From NCBI GenBank assembly GCA_036172245.1, contig JAYWIR010000048.1:186001-250000 (forward strand): DNA of 64,000 bases, read 5' to 3'. Shown one piece after another: positions 1 through 14,724 of this stretch. The notes under the pieces were generated by a model that was given only the letters and a program-made list of their open reading frames with translations, did no database searches and had not been told where the DNA came from. Position 1 is the first letter of the stretch. Each line of letters starts with the position of its first letter. A program made the translations under genes and the position numbers. The DNA comes from Raillietiella orientalis (taxonomy: Eukaryota).

Positions 1-3000
1 TGTTCAACCAGCCTGTTATGAAATTCAACAGGGCTTGAGGATTCATTTTCTTGTCTATTCCCATTACCCAGAATTGTTTTATCTTGTTCTTCTGCACTAC
101 TATTCATTATTACTGAGAGATTCAACTTCTTATGATCCCTAGAAAATACATAATTCATTGACAAAATTGAAATTCTGGCTTGCCTAGAAAACCTCATTTC
201 TTTGGATTTCGTTTTTCCAAATTTCCTTTGAGGCTGTATGACTGAATCCAATTCAGAATATCTGAATGGAGTTCGTCCATTCAGAATTTTTATCCTTCTA
301 GAAAACATAACGAGTGCGAAAGAAAACACTGTTTACCCAAAAGGAGGATCCCATTGTGTACACTGAGTTTGATGGTTTACATAATAAATTCGACCATAAG
401 CTGTTTTGCGTTGCTCCCAGCCTTCAGGTAGATCACTTTTCAAAATGTTTGGAATGGCATCAGTAGTTGATAAGCTATTTACATTTGAGTCACGTGTAAG
501 AAGAGATAGAATTAATTGCCCTCTAACAGGTTCACAATCTTCATCAGTTTTTGAATTAGTCAATTCGAGTTTCTGATCTGAAACCAAATGTAGACCAAGG
601 AGCTACACTTTGCCAATAACATATAATACAACAAAAGACGAAAAAAATTACGTAACTAAACAAAAAAAGCATATATATGTATAAACAAAAGGTTCAACTT
701 TAAATATGAGACTTTTGTCGAAAGCATTTTCCAACATAACCTTTCATTAATCATATTATCAGTATACAATTACATGATATCCATGCATCATGTGCCCCTC
801 TCAACACTTTAACAATTGCACATCTAACATTTTTCTGAAAAGGCTTACAAATTTTAGAAATTTTATCTTTACCTAAGCAAAGCTACAGTACTGGTTCGTT
901 TACGAAAACAAACCTTGATTAGTTTTAAAAATAACACTCAGCAAATGCCCCAAATCTCAAACTTCAAAACTAGTTTTATTCTACTGGTTTGAAATAAGTG
1001 CTCAGACTTAGCAAAATACTGACAGAAAAAGACCAACATTGTAAACTACACTTGAAAGATTAAATTAATATCAAAACTTACAACCAGTATCCCGAAGATG
1101 ATTGATCGTTTTTGGTACCAAACAAACACTTCCGAGGAATCCATGCCCTTGTTTTTTATAAATTTTGCGACTATCCCAGATACTTATTGTAATACTGTCA
1201 GTGGTACTAACATATCTAGAATTAAAAGTCATAAGTTATCAGAATGTCTTCAGTCATCAATTTCAAATATTCTAGCTAGGATACATTTTACGCTGAATTT
1301 AATACAGAAACATGGGAATCATGCATGAGAGTCTGTACAAAGTATAGGCAAAGCATAAAACGTAAGAATTTCAAAAAAACCTGAAACAAAAAACACTAAA
1401 AACTGCAAAATTAATGTAGTTTTTGAAAAACTACACTGAGAAACAACTGCTTAAAGTTTACAATTGTAAATTCTAATTATTTTGAGGGAATATTAGGCAA
1501 ACCAACCCAGCTGCTGTAATTAATGCAAAGGTTCAAGATTACCTGGATGATAAAAAACAGGCATCATGAATAATATACGCAACTTTTTTATAAACAAAGC
1601 CATTGTATATGTATCTTTTAAGTTGATATGAAGGAGCCAAACAACAACCAAAATCTCATTAACCTTGCAAAGAAAATACTGCACCACTGAATAATGCATT
1701 AATAATAAATCAATTGTAGTTATTGGCCTCTTTTATTCTTACTACGCATTTCACGAATTATAGAGAATATGCAGATGCTGTACCCTTGAAGTGTAGCCTC
1801 AGCAATATTTAGAACCATGCATTTGATAGTAATTATTGATTCTCTGAGGGACCTGATGCCTAGCAATTTTGAAACTAGCAATATACAATAAAGCTGGTTT
1901 TATAGTCACATTCAAATGGTGTTCATTTACCGAACTTTGTAATCTACGTTCCAATGTAAGAAAAACTTGCTTTGTGCATACTTTAGATATGGGCAAAAAC
2001 ACTAGTTCAACCACAATGCTGCAAAGCTGTGCAAATGGATTTGCTGTTATGTAATAAATTACAAACTACTACTTAAAAATAACAAGAGTTCCCTAACCAA
2101 ACTACTTTTTTTGGAAACACTACACAGAAATAATGCTAAATGACTACTGCATGCCACATTCCTTTTCATTATCGAAATTTATTAATAACTTAGTTTATCT
2201 ACACTTACTTCAATCAAATTAAGGGTAATGAAAACTATGAACTTAATTGATTCTCACGAAATTATTTCAATTAAATAATTTCATGAGAATACATTATTTC
2301 AAATACAGCATTTGAACTGTTTGAACCATCACGGATTGAATTGTTGTACACTAATGAGTAAGGTAATCCAGTAACCTTATCTAGTGGCAAAAGACTTAAG
2401 ATATAAACAAAAATTCATTCTGGGAAATAAGTTTGTTTTTACAAACTTAAATAATGATACTTTCATGCAGAAAACTATAACTCATCTGCAATCTGAAAGC
2501 TACTAGTTAATATCCTGCTTATAAGACGTTTACCTATTTTCGGAAAAAAAAAAAAAACAGTAATGGGAAAACGAAGTTATATTTGCATATATATAACATA
2601 ACTTGAGATATGCTTATCACTAGATGTCACCATTTGAAACATAAAAGGAACATATTAATTCAGCTTAATAACAAAAACAATTCTAGCTCAGGCTAACAAA
2701 AAAGAAACAGTATCCCTAATCCATTACAGTAAATCTTATTACATAAATCTAATGATAGTTTTTTAAGTAAAAAAAACCATCATTAGATAGTTTTCAGTTT
2801 CAGACCTGTTTAGTTACTGTCTAATGATATCAATTTTTTCTCTACACAAATGTAATCAATGCTTAGTGCTTTCCAGAATTTCAAAAAGCATCAGGAAGAT
2901 TTCACAATGGCTACTCGAACTTTTCTCTTGAATTTATTTATCTTCAATTTTACTTGATTTTGCATTAATGCCACCTTGCAAGAATCATTTTGATTGCTCA

Positions 3001-4093
3001 TTTTTAACACTAAATAATGTATACACATGATTTGCTGAAATAAAATAATTTCTGCTGCATAGAATGAAAAAATTTTCTTTATCATTCACTGAATTCTTCG
3101 AGAAATTTTGTTTTTAAACTAAAATAAATATCCAGAAGGAAAACAAAATGAATAAGAAATTAATATAAACTCTGAATAATTGTCTTTTGGTGACTTTATT
3201 GGCCTAAAGATTTCCATCACCCAAAGCAAGAAAAACAGCAAACACAACACAAAAAAGCAGTCCGAAGCTAACAACATTAAAGTAGTTACTGATACATGTA
3301 CCCTGTTTATCTAAGCTTCAAAACACACCTGTGTATAATTATCAACTTAAACAATACAAAGAACATTTCAACTAAAACTTAGTTACTAAATCTTTGAAAT
3401 AATAATAATAATGCTGAAAATGGATAATTAAAAAAAAATTACAAATCGAAGTGCTGATTCCATTTAGGATCTAGAGTATTCTTGCAAGTATCAGTTACTT
3501 CACACTGTCCTGATCCATTGACATTAATTCTTGCAAATGGATCTGGAAGACCTGAAAAAAAAAAAAAATAATAATAATGCTTTCACTACACTCTAAAATT
3601 TCACAACTTCCTAGCGTCGATGAAAAACCAAACCAAACTCTTGGATTAAAATTCTCATTGATCCACCTTTTTTTTTTTTTTTTTCTACCAAAATGTTATT
3701 TCTTCAAATAATAAACTACAAAACCAACCAGATGTAAACTTTAAAGGTATCAAATTAACCATTCAAAATCCTTCTGATATTTCACTGGAAACAGCAATTC
3801 ATAAATGTACGATTACAAACCCTATGACCAAGTACCATTGAATAAACTTTTATTATTTAGAAACTCGCAGACATACATAAGAAAAATGTCACTTACGAAA
3901 AAAATCCTTTTTGGAAAGGCCCCTCGCACAGATTACTGGAAAATCAAAACAAAGTAATATGGACACTTAGCATCATGAACTTACATGTCAACCTGAGCTT
4001 TACAATGCTGCTGCTTTTTCTATTAAGGCTTGATTTAAGATCCGTAATATTCGTAGCATTACTTAATATGATGCATGTTGACATGACTGCCAT
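1..4093 (-). CDS. Smurf: SMURF-family HECT E3 ubiquitin ligase, 5' part (C2 and first WW domain); continues off the window start
   Basis: Manually spliced GT-AG exons 4093-3985, 3935-3897, 3551-3443, 1215-1082, 577-337, 297-<1 read MAVMST...VKLRLTLICARGLSKKDFFRLPDPFARINVNGSGQCEVTDTCKNTLDPKWNQHFDLYVSTTDSITISIWDSRKIYKKQGHGFLG...YQKLEL...LPEGWEQRKTAYGRIYYVNHQTQCTQWDPP. This matches the SMURF C2 and WW consensus, and the exon phases are consistent. Confidence 0.93.
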
Positions 4094-6028
4094 TTGATCA
4101 AATATAAAGAACTGAACGATAAAAATGTTTTTCTAATTAAGAAACCTTTATAAACTTGGCTTCATGATTCCTCCAAACAATACAATGTTTGGATGAACGG
4201 TGATGAAGTTACATGTGCTAAAGTGCAATTCAAACCACAGAACTGATTTAACTGATAGTTCATTACTTTCGAAATTCCTAGAGCATATGTTCTTGATGTT
4301 TTCAAAAAAGTGTATTTCTCGAAATTTGACATCTTTGCTTTCCTTTATCAACTTTCAGGGATACCAGATTCGATAGGATTCCCCACAACAGGAAAAAAAA
4401 AAGATTCGAAAAATAAACGAGATTCAGTAAGATTAGGTATGATGTGGTAAATTAGATTCATATGATAAAACAGGGTCTCTTGGAAAATAAGAGTAGTGTT
4501 GTCTTGAAATTTTGATACTTTTAAGAAATAATTTGGGAATAAATCCTTAAGAATGACTTTTATTTGAATATTTTTCGAAAAAAAAGTCTTCATTTCCTGA
4601 ATGTACTTTTTTAAATTTAATATATAAGAAAATTATTTAAATATGATCATGTACCCTTATTTGAGAACAGTACTAGTCAAATGAACATACAGCTCCACCT
4701 AAATAAGCATTATATAATAAACATAATCGGTAGTCTATGCATGATGATGGAACATGTCTATATGTCAGATGTTACATTCAGTATGCGTATGAGCAACACA
4801 TGATATGTAGTATTCTCGAGTTTCAAACAATATAAATTAAAATTAAATTTACGAAATCATTATAAGATTCATCATTGAAGTTATTATTATAATGACAATA
4901 GACTTAGTAACTGAAATAAATATTTTGTATTGACAACTTAAAACTCGAAAAATTTCAAATGATGTATTTACACACCAGAAAATTCTCCCAACATTTAATT
5001 TCTAACACTTGCTATAATATTTATTAGAGTCCCTAACTGATCTTCACAAAATGCTTTTTCAGGCACATGACTAGTTGTTCACTCAGAGCATTTCACTAAA
5101 ATTGTGTTGATTTCATTCATTCTTACTCATCGCAGTCATTCTTGACTGTTAGGTAAGAGATAATTTTTCAGAAATAATTGAATATTTAGAATATATAAGA
5201 AAATCAATTGTATTGAAATCGTTCTTGGGGTAAGAGGAATTTTACATGTATTGATGATTTATTTGATATTTCCTCCTACGTTCAATCAGCATTTATACAT
5301 AGGATTTATACATAGCGGATTAAATCTCCTGGGTGTGCACATTCCGCATCTATGATTATATTGTAACCATTGTCGTAGTATCCATAACTTGCTATTGTCT
5401 CTTTAAAGTTGTAAGAGTTTGTGGACACTTCTTCCTTGCAGCAAGTACTATGTTAGAAAAAATACTTATTTTCTTCTTTTAGGGAGCAGCGAAGACTTTT
5501 TTTTGCTTCAAAATTGTAAACTAGAGCTGGAAAGCTATTATATAGTGATGCTATTTGTATTATAATGAAGTGATTCGATTTCGTTTTTTATAGATGTCAG
5601 CTTCCACTTTTCTTTAATATAAATTTCGATTTATGGGCTAAATATGTCAGCAGCTCTGTACAGATGATAATCCATGTGGTCTCTAGGCGTGATATGGTTT
5701 CTGCATAAGAGGTTTCGGGAAAATAACATTCTGGTGTTTCTTCATGTCTATTCTTTCTGTGCATCCTATAAAATCCCTTTTAAGCCAGACTGTTTTGGAA
5801 GAATACGATTCGAGACAAGAAGTTTTTTGAAATTCTTAATGCATTAAACAGCACTTTTGAAAGATTGCTGTTTCCAATTGGAAAATGATTTTCTCTGCTG
5901 CTTCTTGAGAACTCTCATTTGGCTGCACTCTTAATTTTTTTTTGAATTTGAATTGAATCAGTCACAAAAATGTACTAGCGGGTACATAAAAGTAAGGGTA
6001 TCCTGATATAAAAATAAAAACAGGATAC

Positions 6029-6124
6029 AAATCACGCTAAACAGATTATGAACCAGAAATACAAACCAATCAGAAATCACTCTAAACAGATTATGAACTA
6101 GAAATACAAACCAATCAAAAATCA
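6029..6124. repeat. 45-bp tandem duplication (about 2.1 copies)
   Basis: Unit aaatcacgctaaacagattatgaaccagaaatacaaaccaatcag starts at 6029 and 6074, with a partial unit at 6119. Confidence 0.85.
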
Positions 6125-6852
6125 TGCTTCTTTGACTGAACCAGTATGAACGGAATACCAACTGAAAATCTGTAATACTAACAGTAGTTTGATAGTTTGA
6201 ACCACAGCTTATACTTATAACACAGAATGTCTCCTAATAACCGTAATGGTTATTGATTTGTTAACTGTGTGCTATTGCAAAATCAAAATAGTCGCGAGCA
6301 CTAATGCATATTTGAAAGGATTCTTTCTGATTTGATAAATATTGAAGGTGCAAATGCTTTGAGGATTGCCCAACAAATGTATAAAGCAGCTGAAAGTATA
6401 ATGAACAGAAAATCCATTAATAATAATAATGATAACGTGCTTATGAGCTACTAATAGTGAAATGTTCATAGTTTTTTAAATTAAAGTTAGTTCTTGCCCT
6501 TGCTTTTTTCACTTCCCTAATATCGTTACATATCTGTTGTGCTCATTCATGATCCTAAATGAGAAACCCTGTTCTTTAGGTTCATTAGAGCATATTGTAC
6601 ATGGTCTCCTAGCCATTCCGCAGATTCGATCCTCCTTTGCTTTTCAGTGAAAGAATGTTAGAGAACATAGTTAAGATCTTAAGTATGCAGCACACTGGTC
6701 TCTCATCGAGATGCAGAGTTATATAGCAGGGAGATGGAGTCATCGGCATTTGAGGCCATTGATGTGTTAATGTGAATGCTATCTGATACCTAAGAACTTC
6801 AAAACAGATACTATGGAGAATGCTTGTGTGCTTGGGGCGAGCTTGCAGCCTT

Positions 6853-6895
6853 GGGGGAAGGGGTGGGGTGACGGATGGGGGGGGGGAGGGGAGGG
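6853..6895 (+). other. G-tract cluster (potential G-quadruplex) next to the GC-richer segment between the divergent Smurf and LAMP genes
   Basis: gggggaaggggtggggtgacggatggggggggggaggggaggg has six G-runs of 3 or more. Confidence 0.4.
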
Positions 6896-7997
6896 AGTGT
6901 GAATGAATGAGTTTACCAGAAGAACAGTGGAAGTTCGTAATACTGATGGTTTTCTCGCTTTATCCTTGCTTCGAGAACTGTGCCTTGGCATGGATTTCAG
7001 GAACGTTTATGGGATACGTGTCCTGTGGCCACCTGCACTGTGTTCCCGAGCTTTGCGGACACAGCAGGAACTCGTCGTTTTGGGAGGGAAGGTCGCCTTT
7101 GACTTTGGAGCACCTTCCCGGCCTCACCTTCCTGTCAACTCACTGGGCGTGAGCGCCTTCTCGCAGTCGCCCAATTCTGGCTGCAGAGCAGACCTGCAAG
7201 CAAACGACAAGCCACCTTGATAAACAAACTCGTAATGGCATTCCACGGGATGACGGATCCTCCTTTCCGGAGAACCCGTTTGAAAAAAGGAAGAAAAAGA
7301 AATGCACTGCTTCCAAGAGAGCAGGGTGAATCGGTTCCCATGTGAAGGACGCGACACCCTCAGTACGGTCAACTCCCGGCTGCATAGGACGGAGCCAAAG
7401 AGCCGAAAGAAAAAAAAAAAAAAAATGGGAAACGGGACTCGATTCGTGCCATCAAGTTTCAGCAGGGTGGTGTGGAACGATTAGCAACCGGAGACCGATC
7501 ACTTAATTTGTGGGAAACTTACAAAGTGCCGTGGTTTGGTTTGCATGCCAAGTGTGCACATCTCGTTGTGTTTTTCTCTCGAGAACTTGTGGCAATTCAA
7601 GGGACTGTTTCGGTGTTGATGCCCAGGCTGCAAATCTTCGGCGTATAAGGTTTCAATACCAAAAGTGTTCACCATTTGTGCAGCTGCATTTGGGTGGAAC
7701 GTCGTCACAGTCGGAGATGGGATTTTTTCGTGTTTTTGTCAAACCTATGAGTGATCGTTCAAGCTTCGTAATTAGAAATTTTGTTTTCGCGATGTCGCCG
7801 TGAATAATGCATGGAGCGCTGTTGAGAGCAAAAACAAACTGGCAATTTAAGTTTCTTTTTCTTTGAATAGGTGGTGATAACAAGTTAGTCGTTGTTGCAT
7901 CTGCAATGTGGACTGAGATCTTAAAAAGAGTTTTACTGTTGTTTAGCTTGATATGTGTAATGCCTTCGAAAGGTTTGAAAGCCTTATTTGTGCCTGG

Positions 7998-10900
7998 ATG
8001 TTGTTATTCTTGATTGTCATAATGCTATTGATTTTAGGCAGCGACAGCATTCCGTCGTGGAATGTTACAGACGGGAATGGAACAATATGCATAATGTTGC
8101 AAATGGTGGCCAATCTAACAATAAGCTATAACAATACAGACAATAAGGTGAGGAAAGCAATGGCAGTGTTTTGTAGTGTGAATTATAAGTAAGCATACTC
8201 ATTTGTGTTTCGAATTCTTATCCATGGATGTTTCTCTTAATAGCAGTTAGTCGATGATACATAATTTGTGCTTGACAGTTTATAGGTGCCATGTATCAAG
8301 ATCCATCTGGTTTTTGCTTGTATTGCCCAAGTTGTTTGTTCAGGGTAAACAGCAATTCGGTTTATTTTGCGAAAAGTTCGGTCTGCAGTGTAACATATTT
8401 TGACTTCTTAAGTAAAAGATGTAATAACGACAGTTAATTAGTTTAAAATTAACTGGAATATTCTGTTTTTCCAGCTCGAAGGACTTTATAAATGCTGTTT
8501 ATTCATTTTATTTTTCACATAGGATTTCTTCAAGTTAGTTGTGGCCCCAGCGTAATAGTGATTAAGGAAGGTAAACTTCGTCTATATCAGGCAGTCATTT
8601 TGTTTGACCTGATTCTGTTTTTGAATATTTACAGATGTCTGAGTGATTAAATAAATGATGGTATTTTCTTTGGGCACGTATTTCATATTGTGGGTTCTTG
8701 CATGTAGCTAATGCATAGTGTGGATGGGCACTCAATCATATTCAATTGATAAGAAAATCATTCAGTTTTGAACTGAAGGTAAACAGGCTTTTCTTGGTAA
8801 TAATATTTTTTATGTAGCCGAATAATTTATGCATTTCATTACTTTGTCTTCAAAAGAATGGAGCTTATGTTATCAACATTAGTAGTAGAATTTTTAAGTG
8901 ATCTATTTTCTGGACTGGTTCATTGATAGTTATTTTTGAAAGTTCAACATTCATACCGAGTTCATTTCACAATCGTTTACATTGAATTATGAGCTTTCAC
9001 ACTTCAAAGAATGTTGCTTTGATTCTGTTTTATTAATAGTAGGTTTTTTTTTTTTTTTGGCAGCTTATGTTTAAAATTTTAAAAATAGAAATACGGAATC
9101 ATGTATCTGTCCGATGAATTTTTATTTTGAGTGTCCCATATTATTTGTTGCTCGTGAATCTGTATCTTTCCCAAGAGTTCCATACAGTCTCAGTAATTTC
9201 AACATCATCTTTTGATTCCAAATGCATATGTGATCAATAATATCAGATTGTGATGGTCACATTCATTGTTTTTTTCTTTGTTTCATGAATAAAGTTTTCC
9301 ATAGCCCACTTGAAAAAATTTCATTTTAAATGAAGGCATCTAACAGTTCTGGAATCCATACGAAAAAGACGATTTTAAAATCTCCTTATGCTTCACTAGT
9401 GGAAATTTGATTAATTTGTACATAAGATGGATGATTCGTAAGCACATAATCATCATGCATTGAGCTGTTATGCCTATTATTTTAATCAATTGGATATTTT
9501 CCTGACTTAATTGAATGCGAGAAAGCATTGATATATTCTCCCCTTCAACTTTTCTCATTTTTACCATATTATTATGGACTGATTTTTCATAAGCATTGAG
9601 CATTCAACATATTGTCCAAGTTTGAAAAGTAATTCATCTTACTTACTACCTGGTGTAATTTCTAATGCTTCTAATTCACAGAGCTTGCAAGTAGCTGGAA
9701 GATGTCTTAGTTGCCTATGATCACCCCATTCTTTTTATTCTTTGGAATCATTGTCCCTTGTTATTGAAGATCCACTTTTGATTTTGTATGTTATTCCTGT
9801 AGAAAGATTAGCATAACTTGATTTCTTTTATCTTTACTGTTTATATGATTTGTGTAATTTATTTCAACTCTCAAGAATCTTTACCTTACTACCCATCTTA
9901 TTTGGAATCACTGTATCTGGCCAATCATTTCAAAAGTTTGCTTAGGGTTTTCTTTGCATTTTTAGGTTATGTCTTAGCTTGTTGCTTTGGTTGCTGTGTC
10001 AGTAATCATTTTTCCTTACAGCAGTAATGTATATTGGATTTTGTTGGATTCTTTGTGTCATTACTTGCTGTATATTGACATTTATGTACTCTTTATAACT
10101 TTGTCTAGCTGTGGATTTTCACATTTCTTGTCATTTTCCAGTGTGCTTTTGTTGCCATGAATGCAGGTTTCCTTGGCCGTCATTATGAATCAGTTTCCAT
10201 TTTTTAGTACTGTCAGTTTGTTTCCCTGTTTTAACTGTAATCTGTTTTGAGTCCCAATTAACAAAGTTAAATGTTGGTGTTAGTGGCAGACTTGATTCAG
10301 TTGAAGGTTTTCTCTTGAACTTTTATGAACAGTAGAATTCTTCCATGCAAAACCAATATTGGTTTGGATCATTGTTCCCAAATGACAGTTTGATTGTTTA
10401 CACAAGTATGACGTTTCTTTAATGAGAAACTTAGTTTTTCGCAGGTTTTTCTGAAAGCTGTCAGCTCTTGTGCATAAAATTGGAGAATGCTTCAGTGAAT
10501 GAAGCGACTTTTTATTATTTGACCCAAAGGGTAATGCATGCAAACTCTAAGATGTTTTATATCCAGATCAGTGCTTTCCAAAATTCGTCTATTTTGCTTT
10601 TGACATCACAATGTAATAGTTGCACCATGTGGTGTTGTATTTATTGAACACTCTAAACACATGTCTGCTTTATGATTTTCCCTTGGCCAGAATAAATAAG
10701 AAATCCTGCCACAAGGTCAACTGCAACCTGATTAGAGCTTTCCACTCAACACTTCAAATCAATTGATCAAGAGCTAGTACAATCACACAATTCTGACGTG
10801 ACTTTTAATAGGCAAATTAGAACGGAGCTTTTTTTTGGTTTGGCACTGTATTTGTTGCATTTTCTTGGTATGATGAAGTATTTGTAAGATTGAGTACAGT

Positions 10901-13900
10901 CTGGAATTGGGTTTTGGGATCAGTTGTAGAGTTTGTAGCAGATTTTGTGTTTTGAAAGCGTCCTATTAGCTGTAAGTAATTATTAAATTGAATCATGCTA
11001 AACTCCGGTTTATTATCTATCATAGATAAGAATTTTTTATTATTGGTAAAAAAAGTATTGACTGCAGTTGAGTGTGTTGAGTGTAGTAGGGACTGTGGCT
11101 GCATTTTATCTGCTGTTTTCAAGCAATAAAAGAGATATGAGATATTTAATATGCTTTTATCAGTGTTTTCCAGTTCAAGAAGCTGTGGGTTAACGTTCTG
11201 CATATTCAAAACATGCTCCATAAATTGAAACAAAATGGTAACTTATTCATCCGAGATCTATAAGGTCATCAAATGCTTTCCTTGTTTTCTTATTTGGTTT
11301 TGCTACTTTGGGCATTGATTTCTTATTAAGGTTTTTCTCTTTTTATTGTTATCTTACCAAAAGTTTTTTTTTTTCTTTTTTCTGTGTATAACTTAGGTTG
11401 TGGTGTAGTGCATGCTTCTTAGAGTTTGAGAATTTGAATAGTCATTTTTGTGCCATCACAGTTATAAGTTAAATAAGCACAGAAGCATCCATCTTTCTTC
11501 AAGAACTTCATCTCCAAACCTCCGTTCTAATTTGTCTATGAAAAGCCACATCAGAATTGTGTGATCTTGTGATGTATTAGCTCTTGATCGGTTGATTTGG
11601 AGTGTTGAGTGGAAAGCTCTACAGTCAGGCTGCAGTTGACCTTGTGGTGTGATTTCGTATTTATTCTTACGTAGTGTGTTCTTGCTTATTTCATTAAGCT
11701 TTTCTAAGGCGATTTGAATGTAGAAACATAGTTGCAGGTAATATTATTAATCATGATTTTCTTTGCTTTTGAAATTATTATTGTTGCATTATTTTAAGAG
11801 AAAGTTCTTTTGTTCTAGTTTCTCAGTGTGCCTTAACAGAAGGACTTGCCTATCAGTAATTCTACTTGGTTTCAGAAGAGTGTTAGGCACTCATGAGTGT
11901 GGTGCTCATAGTTTTGCTAGTTCTGTTATGCTCATCTAATTGACATTTGGATGCTGTTGCAGTATAGCAGTTTATGGTATGTGGCACAACCCAATCAAGT
12001 TTGCCACATAGCATTTTTAGTTTTCCATGCATGGTTAATGTCTGTAGTGCTTGTAAGACATTTTTAAAGCTCCTTTGATAAACATGAAACTTGGTGGTGC
12101 ATGACTGATGCATTACTGCAATAGGTGAATTCAGAAGCTTAACTGTTTTAGGAGTCCAAAGAAGATAGTGAACAAATCTGGGGATTCCTTGGAATCTTGG
12201 TATAACATACTTTATCATACATTATTTCATCCTTTGACACTGTTACATATTGATGTCTTTCTTGTTTACAAACTTTGTATTATTCAAGTTGTATTATTTA
12301 AGTGTATCTTTTTAGCGATTTTCTTGTTTCTGTATTGTGACCTCTTGTTTGCTTATAGAGCTCCAGTAGTCTATTCTTTTGTGCACATAAACCCATATTT
12401 GATTTTCCAAGCTGTGCAATAGCATCACATCACAGTGACAGCTGGTTGTGATTTGATACTAAAATTGAACAGAATCCACAGTTTCATTGGCGATATGAAG
12501 TGTATCGGGAATGTATTTTCTGTTTAGACACTAGGACAATTTTGAAAGAGTTCATGCTATCTTTTTCTGAATGCTGTCCTCTCATCCAACTGTCGCGGCA
12601 TTATCTAATGAATGTATACTATATGCATAATTTTAGCAGATGTTTGGTCTTTTTCAATTTTTTAGTTCAAGGGTCTAGAACAATTGATTTTATTTTGGGA
12701 AAAAGGCATCAGGGACAGGAAAATCATGCAGCTTTCCAATCAAGACTGAAAAGTTTTTTAAGATTCTATTCCAAAATGCCTTTAATCATGAACTAAAAGC
12801 ACAAAAGTAAATAAAAGTACACAAAGAAAAAGCTTAAAGGTGCTGAAGTTGAATCAATCACAATGAAAAAGCAGATAATCAGATTGGTCATTTCAGCAAC
12901 CTCGCTCATAATTTTTCTAATCTAATTTCAAATCCAATTCAATTTGTAAAATGCAGTATCGTTTTAGCAAGGCTGTCCTTAGTCTTTTACATATTTAATG
13001 ATACTGAATATGTCAGGATAATTGTCATAAATCAGGGATCACATTTGATAGCTGAATGATAATATCCACATTTGACAACTTTTTTCACAACACTACAGCT
13101 ATGGTTGAAAAACAACAGATAAATCATTTTCCCAAGACAACTCTTTGTTTCCTAGGAAAACAAATAAAGGCAATTTTGAGAACGTGGTGCAATTAATTTT
13201 GAAGACAGCATCTTCCGCAAACGATCAAAAAACTTTCACACTTAGAATAGAAATGTTGGTCAGACCTCGAAAATTTTCGGATGAGTAAAATGTAAAAAAG
13301 GTACGTAATAAGGAATCATAGGAAATTATTCTTAAAGAGATGATTTCGAATGGCTTGAAGGAAGGAAATAAACGTAAAATGATTTTGTGATTCTTTTTAC
13401 GTGCACCCAAATTTTGAGCATAAGTGGTGTAAAACCAGCGTTGAAGATGAATAGAGAGAACGAATCACTCGTTTATTTTAGGTTTCATTAGAGCTATGAT
13501 TGTAGATATTTCAGCTCAAAAAAAGTTGTCAAGTGGATAATCAAAAATTGTTTTTATTGTGAATATTTGGGATCAAAAAACCCAATCATTAGAAGTTGAT
13601 TTCCAATAATTACCTTACTATGAACAATCACAAGAAATAATATACATTTCTATTATGAATTTATAAATATGAATAACCTGATTTGTATTGTACAAAGAAA
13701 ATGTTTTTGATAACAGGCTTAGCCCACATTAATTTTATTTTCCATTCTTTGTTGCACCTATTATTTTATAGCAAGTTTCAATTGAGAATTGAATAAAACA
13801 TCGTTGCTATTATGGCTGCTTTTCATTTTAAAATACACTAAAATTTAGGAATTGTTGATTACTCTATGATTGTGATTATTCAAAGCATCTGTATTATGAA

Positions 13901-14724
13901 GAAAGTCATAGAAAGCAGAAATTCTTACAAAATAAAAGTTTTTCATTTTAAAATCTCATCCAAATTTGGGATTTTATTTTTTGAGTGGTCAGTTAATGAA
14001 ATATGTGCATTTAAGGTTGTTAGTTCCTTTTAATTGAATATATACTTGTTTATAAGTGCTAATCTGGTTTATTCATGTTTTATGTGTGTCATTCATTTTA
14101 GATCGTTAATGGTACTTTTGGGATACCAGAGAATGCAGTGAGCAATGGAAGTTGTCCCTCAGGGACCATCATGCTATTTTGGGAGGATATTTCTACACAT
14201 AAGACGAACTTTTTAATCCTAGGGTTTGAAAAAAATAGCACCCACAAAAATTTTGCCTTATCATCTATCGAAATCATAATTCACTTGAATAATACAGATT
14301 TTCCCAATAGTACTGGTGAGCTCCCTATGATTACATGTGGATCCCAGTTTTTGTGACTATTTCAGAACCAATTTATTCTAAACATTTCCCGCATCTGAAT
14401 CTGTTTGAAACTCCTGTTGATCATTCTTATAAATGCCTATCCAAGCAAAGAATAGATTTGAACAGTTCTTGGCTTTTAGTACAAAAATTACATGTGCAGG
14501 CATTTAAAACAAGTTCTTCTCAAAACTTTGATCAAGGTAAAATACTATATGCTTCAATCTTCTCTGCATTATGATTTCTAGGTCTGGTGTGTGACATGGA
14601 TATACCATCTAACATACCTCCTGTGGCAATTGGAGTATCTCTGGCAGTTTTGGTATTGCTTGTGATAGGTGCATATATCTTCGGGAAACATCGCCCCAAG
14701 GCAAAAGGCTACCAAAGTGTGTAG
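7998..14724 (+). CDS. Lamp1: Lysosome-associated membrane glycoprotein (single LAMP domain)
   Basis: Exons 7998-8147, 14102-14315, 14366-14536, 14582-14724 with GT-AG sites and consistent phases. Signal peptide MLLFLIVIMLLILGSDS, LAMP motifs (TICIMLQMVANLTISY, NGSC, FETPVDHSYKC, LHVQAF), many NxS/T sites, TM PVAIGVSLAVLVLLVIGAYIF, and C-terminal GYQSV* lysosomal sorting signal. Confidence 0.95.

Noticed and set aside
8148..14101. Nested gene or TE in the 6-kb LAMP intron
   Set aside because: Only short AT-rich ORFs with no convincing motifs; possibly ancient TE decay, but unsupported.
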